Shown here piece by piece: positions 56,856 to 64,000 of a stretch of 64,000 nucleotides of DNA. The DNA comes from Eledone cirrhosa. Its lineage: Eukaryota. Numbering within the stretch: position 1 is the stretch's first letter; the number at the start of each line of letters is the position of its first letter. The position numbers and the translations under genes are program-made. The notes under the pieces are model-generated. The model was not told the origin of the DNA. It saw only the letters and a program-made list of their open reading frames with translations, and searched no databases. Location: NCBI GenBank assembly GCA_964016885.1, contig OZ024745.1:127410001-127474000 (forward strand), in the 5' to 3' direction.

Positions 56856-57197
56856 TTATATATATATGTATATATATATATATATGTAGATAAGTCTACC
56901 GAAATATACGGTAGTGTCCAATCCGTATGAAGAACTCAATGTAATCCAAATATAGAAGATATCATGAAAAGAGAAGAAACATTCAAAAATTTACGATAAA
57001 AATCATAGGAAAACAGAGTCAAGATAAATTAATAAAAACAATGAAATAAACACAAAGAATAAGTTCTTTATATTAAAAAATCATCAATTTACGATCGTTT
57101 CTGGGATGTATATGTGTGTTGGTATGTATATCATATAGATCTATGTAAAAATATTACAAATTATCAGAGGAAATATACATACCTTCACATATACATG

Positions 57198-57269
<72 letters not shown>

Positions 57270-57895
57270 ATATATATGTATATATAAGCAAGCGCCAGCA
57301 TGTTAGGTCACAATTTTGATCCCTCTTACATTCTGGAGATATGGTCAATATTGGGCCTTGAAACCTTAGATAGAGCTTTTGTCCCTTGTATGAACATAAA
57401 TAAATAATATAGTATTTCAGGTATCTTCCCGATAGAGTACACTTTTCCTTTTTCTTTACACACCTTTGGTGACTTCTCAATTGAATCGTATGGCTAGCAT
57501 GGCAGGTGATATTTTCGGGTGATTGTAATGAAAGTGTGGATACATAGCCAGTCACGCAATAGGGGTTGTAGTCGCTGCAGATTATTTTATAGAAACTACG
57601 TATTTCGACAGTTGAAAGTTGATGACATCATTCATCCCCATACTAGTAACTGTTGCGGGTTGGTGATACTTCATGTGTGAATTGCAACCTCGTCTTGATA
57701 TGTACAGCTTCCAAATATCCTTCAAATTACACTCTTCTCTCTTAAGAAGAAGGACACTTCAAATAATGTGATTTACGATACCCAATGTCTGAGAAAAAAT
57801 AACGGATGGTCGTGTCTTCAAAACCTTTGATCATACGTCTGATTGATCAAAGTAGACTGGGCACTAAACAACAATTGTTATATTAGTATATCTTA

Positions 57896-58082
57896 GGGCG
57901 GTGGATTGGCAGTATCGGTAGAGGCTCGGACGCCATGCTTTCCAGCATAGTTACGTCCCTTTGCGGTCTGAGTTCAAATCCCGCCGAGGTTAACTTTGCC
58001 TTTCATCCTTACGGGGTCGATAAAATAAAGTACCAGTAATGTACTGGGTAATTGATGGCCTTGTGCCAAAAGTAGAAACAGT
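57896..58082 (+). mobile_element. Full-length young SINE A with a long TSD
   Basis: GTTATATTAGTATATCTTA on both sides (about 57877-57895 and 58081-58099). Confidence 0.9.
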
Positions 58083-58670
58083 TATATTAGTATATCTTAT
58101 TCCACTAGCTAGATCTGGGAAATATTTCGAATAAGACTTGAACCCTTGGTTCACAGCAGGAATATCTTACTTCTCACCTTACCGAGTTTACCATTGCTTA
58201 AAGGTAACAACAAAACAAATATGTGCGTTAATGTGATAGTGTTTGTGTTAGCCTGATACTATGCATGTATCTGCGCATATATGTATGTGTGAATATATGT
58301 GTGTGTGTATCTATCTGTGTGTATATGTGTGTATGTGTATATGTGTGTGTATGTGTATATGTGTGTATGTGTATATATGTGTGTGTATCAGTGCACAGTC
58401 TTTCCTCACTTTAAAAAAATATCTTCACGCACAGGCATTGCACGATAGAATTAATTAATAATTATTAATAATGGTATATCGTGCAATGGCCATACTCGAT
58501 AACGAGGGGGCAGCCATCATCATGTATGTATGTATGTATGTATGTATGTATGTATGTATGTATGTATGTATGTATGTATGTATGTATGTATGTGTCTATG
58601 TATGTATCTACGTATGTATGTGCGTGTGTGTGTGTATGTTTGTATATATGAATATCTATGTATGTATGTA

Positions 58671-58707
<37 letters not shown>

Positions 58708-59029
58708 GTGTGTGTGCATACCTTGGTGTTCTACACACAGTTAGATACACTTGATCGTCTGCTAAACTAAACTGATTGCTTCGTAGCGACTCTAAACTGT
58801 TGAATAGATTCAAACTTATCAGGTTACTAGTGACTAATTAGAAAAAATTATTAGTTCTCTTGTTATCTTTCACTTTTATGTCACCGTTGGTCATGTTTAG
58901 CCATTTGTATTTGGACAGACATGGAACAAATACATACACAAAAAAAAGACATGGCTGATACGTTTTTAAAGAGAAAGCATCCATCATTGTCCCCCACACC
59001 ATTTGCTATATTTATATCTAGGTAGTTGG

Positions 59030-59086
<57 letters not shown>

Positions 59087-59351
59087 TTGTCGCTGATGTG
59101 TGTGCGTGGAAATGATAAAGGTAGTCGTGGTGAGAGATAGGATTGAAAAACAAAAACAAAACAACCTTGTAGTGTATGTTCAAAACAAGAGAGAGATAAC
59201 ATTAAAAACAGTATACAAGAGATTACACAGCCTGATTGAGTGAACTACATACACACACACACATATATATATATACACACACACATATATATAAATATAT
59301 ATATATCACAGAAAAAAAGGGAATCATTGTTGCGACGAATGGAATTTATTG

Positions 59352-59447
59352 GACATATTACAATCGTTTCTCTGGCGATCAGCTCGAGGCACGATCGATG
59401 TGATGATCGAACCTGACTCTGAAAATCGGAAGGTCCTCAGATACGCC
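59352..59447 (-). ncRNA. HHR with a large structured stem II insert
   Basis: ggcgtat CTGAGGA [~63 nt] GAAA cgattg TA atatgtc, then AATAAA. Confidence 0.75.
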
Positions 59448-59481
59448 TTGATTCTACGAAGCAGATTCTCCTAAAGATTTT

Positions 59482-59528
<47 letters not shown>

Positions 59529-59881
59529 AAAAGAGTCAGGACCCCAACGGCTGAGCTCCGGTCGTTTCGACAGTTCGGATCTAGCTATATACATTTATAT
59601 ATTTATTTATTAAAATAACAGATTAAAGTTTAAGCAAAGAATCGCTGCTTTCACCCTTAACGGGAACTTCACACACACACACACATATATACTCGGTTAA
59701 ATTTGGTGGTTTACCACTGAGTAGAATTGGTCATTCTGCAATGTTAACCAGAGGTGGGCGAGCAATGTGGCAGCTTGCTACTACGTCCGTCTCTGGGTCA
59801 AAAACATAGCACACACCTTTTCTTTGCTGGTTTCCTTAAAGTTTACCATCATTCCGTTGGTATACATCTATTACACAATTT

Positions 59882-59939
59882 ACACCTGATGATGTCACCG
59901 GATTCTTACGCAACCTGTCCACTGAAACGTGCATAGTGT
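59882..59939 (+). ncRNA. HHR, degenerate stems II and III
   Basis: acac CTGATGA .. GAAA cgtgca TA gtgt, then AATAAA and (TA)n. Confidence 0.65.
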
Positions 59940-60000
59940 TTGCAGAAATAAAAAGTTAAGCAAATTCAACAAATTTGGCCTCCTGTCATTTCCCTTTATA

Positions 60001-60090
<90 letters not shown>

Positions 60091-60141
60091 ATTATAATAT
60101 TTATACAGTCTCAACATTTATTGAGCATTTTATAGCATAGT

Positions 60142-60181
<40 letters not shown>

Positions 60182-60727
60182 CACTCTCACCTTTTTTCAC
60201 TTTCTCTCATATGTTCCAGTAGGCGGCAAGGAAGAGGTGTGTAACATTGACAACGGCCAAATAACCAGAAACAGCGCTATCGGTTGCTTCCCCTTGCTTC
60301 TGCGGGAAGAAAGTAGATGACGTCAGTCATCATCTTTAAAATTCATAACTAAAGGCTTTCAAATGTTTATTAATAAATTTGACAGATCATCGACATTGTG
60401 TATTTCAGGGGGTTGTAGTTAATGAAGACATTTTGAAATTTTTTATTTCTACTACTTAAATGAAAACTTACTATATGATATAGAAAATGTTGCTAGTTGT
60501 GTTGAATATGGAAAGAAGTTGTGGATATGGTATACTTCTGCTTCTCTTGATACCTCAAAAATGTAAGGTTTCGATTGAACCCTAAGTGTTGCAGTTGAAG
60601 TAAGTCCTGATTCAGCAAACCTATGATGGAAGAACTTTGTCTTATTGTAGCGTATCTAGGACTAGATTGTCTATTGAATTTTTCTATACCAACTTTTAGA
60701 AAGTACTGTCGAAAGATTTAGTAATTA

Positions 60728-61118
60728 TAATTGTTTCTACTTTTGGCACAAGGCCAGCAATTACTCAGTGCATTACTGGTACTTTTATTTTATCGACTCC
60801 GTAAGGATGAAAAGCAAAGTTTTAGTAATTATAATAATGTTGTGACACTCAAATGAATTCCGTTGCCTATCAATGATTTCTGATTTAGGCTCAAGACCAA
60901 CAATTTTCGAGGGAAGGGGCACAAGGCCAGCAATTTGAAGGATGGGGGAAAGTCGATTAAATCGACCCCATTGTGTTACTGGTGCATTATTTTATCAATC
61001 CCATAAGGATGAAAGGCAAAGCTGACCTCAGCTGGATTTGAATTCAGAATGTAAAACACGGTAGGTACATGCCGCAAAGCATGTTGTCTGATGCTCTACC
61101 GATACTGCTAATCCACCA
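60728..61118 (-). mobile_element. Two SINE A copies
   Basis: Body match. Confidence 0.8.
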
Positions 61119-61575
61119 GCCTCTCCGTTGCCTATTATTGAAAATGTTTTGTTTTTGCTTTTGTCGTCAACATTGTTGTTGTTTAGCCCCAGGTCAACCA
61201 TGGACGAGCAGACCTGAGATATCAAAGACATTCAGGTTATGATCATCCCAATCTTATGCATGACTATATAATCAAATGTGCCGATGCCCGCTCTAAGAAG
61301 GTTTAACTTGAGGGAAGTTTGGGTGGTATTTCTAGCATGTCATGTCACTACGTAGTGGTTCCGCCATTAACTTATCATGCGTGTTGTTGTTGGTGTGGTG
61401 GTGATGGTTATGAAAGGAGAGGTGAATGCGATATCACGTTGAGTGGTTCAAATGACACAGCATTATGTTGGCAACTGGTGTTGTTGATGTTAGCCAAGTT
61501 GTAATTTAAAGCGAAGGCTCGTGTAAATTACACACGCGGACGCACACACAAACACCCCTACATGCATATACTTAC

Positions 61576-61638
<63 letters not shown>

Positions 61639-61795
61639 ATACACATACACACTCACACACAATCATGTATATTTATATATATATAAATACATACACACAC
61701 AGAGGCACAAACAGACACACACGCATACATATACATACACACATACACACACTCATACATACAAACACACATACAAACACACATACAAACACATA

Positions 61796-61874
<79 letters not shown>

Positions 61875-62206
61875 CCACACGTATATGTGTACGTAGGTGT
61901 GTGCAAGTAATTGCAGTTAAGTGCAGGTGTGTGTGTGCGTGTGTGTGTGCATGTGTTTATGTCAATGTAGTCGGGTGCCATGAGATACTGACGTTAGATA
62001 CATTGGTTGAGTTAACATCTGCTTCAAATATATCCTCAACAGCAGCTGCATATACCTGTAATTAGTCCTGGATAGTTCCGTACTCTTAGCATCAAGAAAC
62101 AACATCGATAATCAATACAAATCTACCAATGGCATCAACAACAAAAACAGTATCGAATTAAAGACAGAACTTTTATGGGACAGAACAATTAAGTTTCCCT
62201 AGTGTT

Positions 62207-62410
62207 GGTGACCACAGTTTAGTATCCATAGGGTGCAAGGCACTGGAGACTTCTTACCCCAGTCTCGGTCACCACAAGTTTAGTATCCATAGGGTGTAAG
62301 GCACTGGAGACTTCTTACCTCAGTCTCGGTCACCACAAGTATGGTGAAAGTCACTGGAGACTTTCACTTTCCCCAGTTCAATATACGTATGGTGAAAGTC
62401 ATTAGAGACT
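62207..62410. repeat. ~61 bp tandem repeat, 2 full copies plus degenerate ones
   Basis: GGTCACCACAAGTTTAGTATCCATAGGGTGTAAGGCACTGGAGACTTCTTACCTCAGTCTC. Confidence 0.8.
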
Positions 62411-63035
62411 CGCTCTCTTGCACCACACACAAATGCCATCCCCCGTTGAGACTTTCAGCGAAAGTAATATAGTTATATAATTGCCTTTAATATAAGTAAA
62501 AACCTTGATCATGTCTGGAATGAAAACCTCTCAGCTAAGTGGTCCATCTATGGCCCCTATCAAGTTTTCATTTCTTAGATGGAAGGTTTCCTGCTAGACT
62601 GCTCCATCGTAGTTTGTTTTGTCGTAACTCTTTATGATACACATTCTCGTAAGTTTGCTGTACTCCAAGGTTTGCCAATGTCCTTTAAACTCTTTCTTCT
62701 TCATAGTAACGACCCAGTTGTTGTTACATCTAGTCACGCACACTTAAAAGTAAACCATATTATTCAATCTTATTTAACTTTCCGACCCAACAATCATTTA
62801 CAAGGTATTTAGACACCTCGTGCCAGACATTGACAGTTTCCTATAAGAGACACCGAAAGGATATTCCAATGGAGACGGGACACTATAGTATCCATAATGA
62901 CACAAAAGCCAATCACGGCTCATATCAAGAAAGCCATCTTGCGCTAGACCTTCCCTAAGTATGAACAACACACAATTAAAATAAAAGAAGTCATTAAAAA
63001 ATTAAATCCCGTATTATATATGATGACCCTAAATA

Positions 63036-63400
63036 CAAGGGGTTGCCGAAATGTTCCTGGTTTTAAGGGTATAGTGAAAGATAGAGCTGTTACATTTACA
63101 GGGGAGGTGTGACAGCTCCAATAAGTTGAATATAATCATAATTAACTGAACCTCCAATATTTTCTTTTAACTGATCCTCCTGTATTTTCTTTTAACTGAT
63201 CCTCCTATATTTTATTTTAACTGATCCTCCTGTATTTTATTTTAACTGATCCTTCTATATTTTCTTTTAACTGATCCTCTTGTATTTTCTTTTAACTGAT
63301 CCTCCTATATTTTCTTTTAACTGATTCTCCTATATTTTCTTTTAACTGATCCTCCTGTATTTTCTTTTACCCAAAGCAAGGAACTTTCAGCACTCACACG
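63036..63400. mobile_element. Mariner-like MITE related to 50737, containing a 25 bp x ~9 minisatellite (63143-63369)
   Basis: Similar TIRs and TA flanks; unit TTAACTGATCCTCCTGTATTTTCTT. Confidence 0.85.
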
Positions 63401-64000
63401 TATATAACATTGCCAAAATACAGCCATCTTTCCTTCCGCAACAAGAAAATATTTCAGCTATGATAAGCTGCTGATCTTTCTACAAAGGCGAAGAGTGATC
63501 TATATGAGAGTACGATTGCTATAAATTCAAATACCCGAGATCTCTCCACCCTAAATGTTCGATACCTTGGCAAAACCTTATTCTCTAACATAATTCAACC
63601 GATGCCTTATACATCCGCTAGTCCTCCTCTATATATCTTCAACGTTTCTTACAACGTCCTTTGCTCTTTCTGCTAGCTAGTTGTATACACTACAGTCTCA
63701 GACAATCCATACCCGCCTGTCCTCTTTTATACAGTAATTCATCTCCATCTCAGACACCGAGAAACTTCTTCAATCATTCCTTATCAGGAATGTAATCCTT
63801 TTGGAATTGTCCCCACGCCATCATTTTTCAAAAAAGGGAGCTGTGTCAGATTATAAAAGTACAAACTTAACAATCTTATCGATTTTAATCTCCATGGAAG
63901 GGTCTGTGAAATGTCTTTCCTCGCCCCATTAATTTGAAATACATAACCGCCATCACGACTAATTGCTACAGCAATATAGGCGACGATGACGATGGGGGTG

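Noticed and set aside
57290-57600. Possible exon or coding remnant
   Set aside because: Stops in the plausible frames and no recognisable motif.

Overview
AT-rich, microsatellite-dense eukaryotic non-coding DNA, either intronic or intergenic. The SINE families and the (TA)n/(CA)n/(CATA)n load look like an octopus (cephalopod) genome, which is an inference. No intact host gene is visible, and almost all of the supplied ORFs are microsatellite artefacts. The real protein-coding remnants are all retroelements: an RTE LINE (1741-3583), a CR1-type LINE fragment (8150-9237), three Penelope-like (PLE) GIY-YIG fragments (5745-6325, 23066-23660, 34330-34865) and a near full-length, frameshifted R4/Dong-type RLE element (45123-48950). 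There are also many tRNA-derived SINEs, several MITEs and a U6-retroposon chimera. The main hidden signal is about 21 type I hammerhead ribozyme (HHR) motifs, read by eye, from many different short non-coding families. Most sit at (TA)n tracts and often form fold-back palindromes or direct repeats, like PLE pseudo-LTRs or retrozymes. One family has a compensated non-canonical U3-A8 core. All structures were paired by hand, and repeat boundaries are approximate to a few bp.
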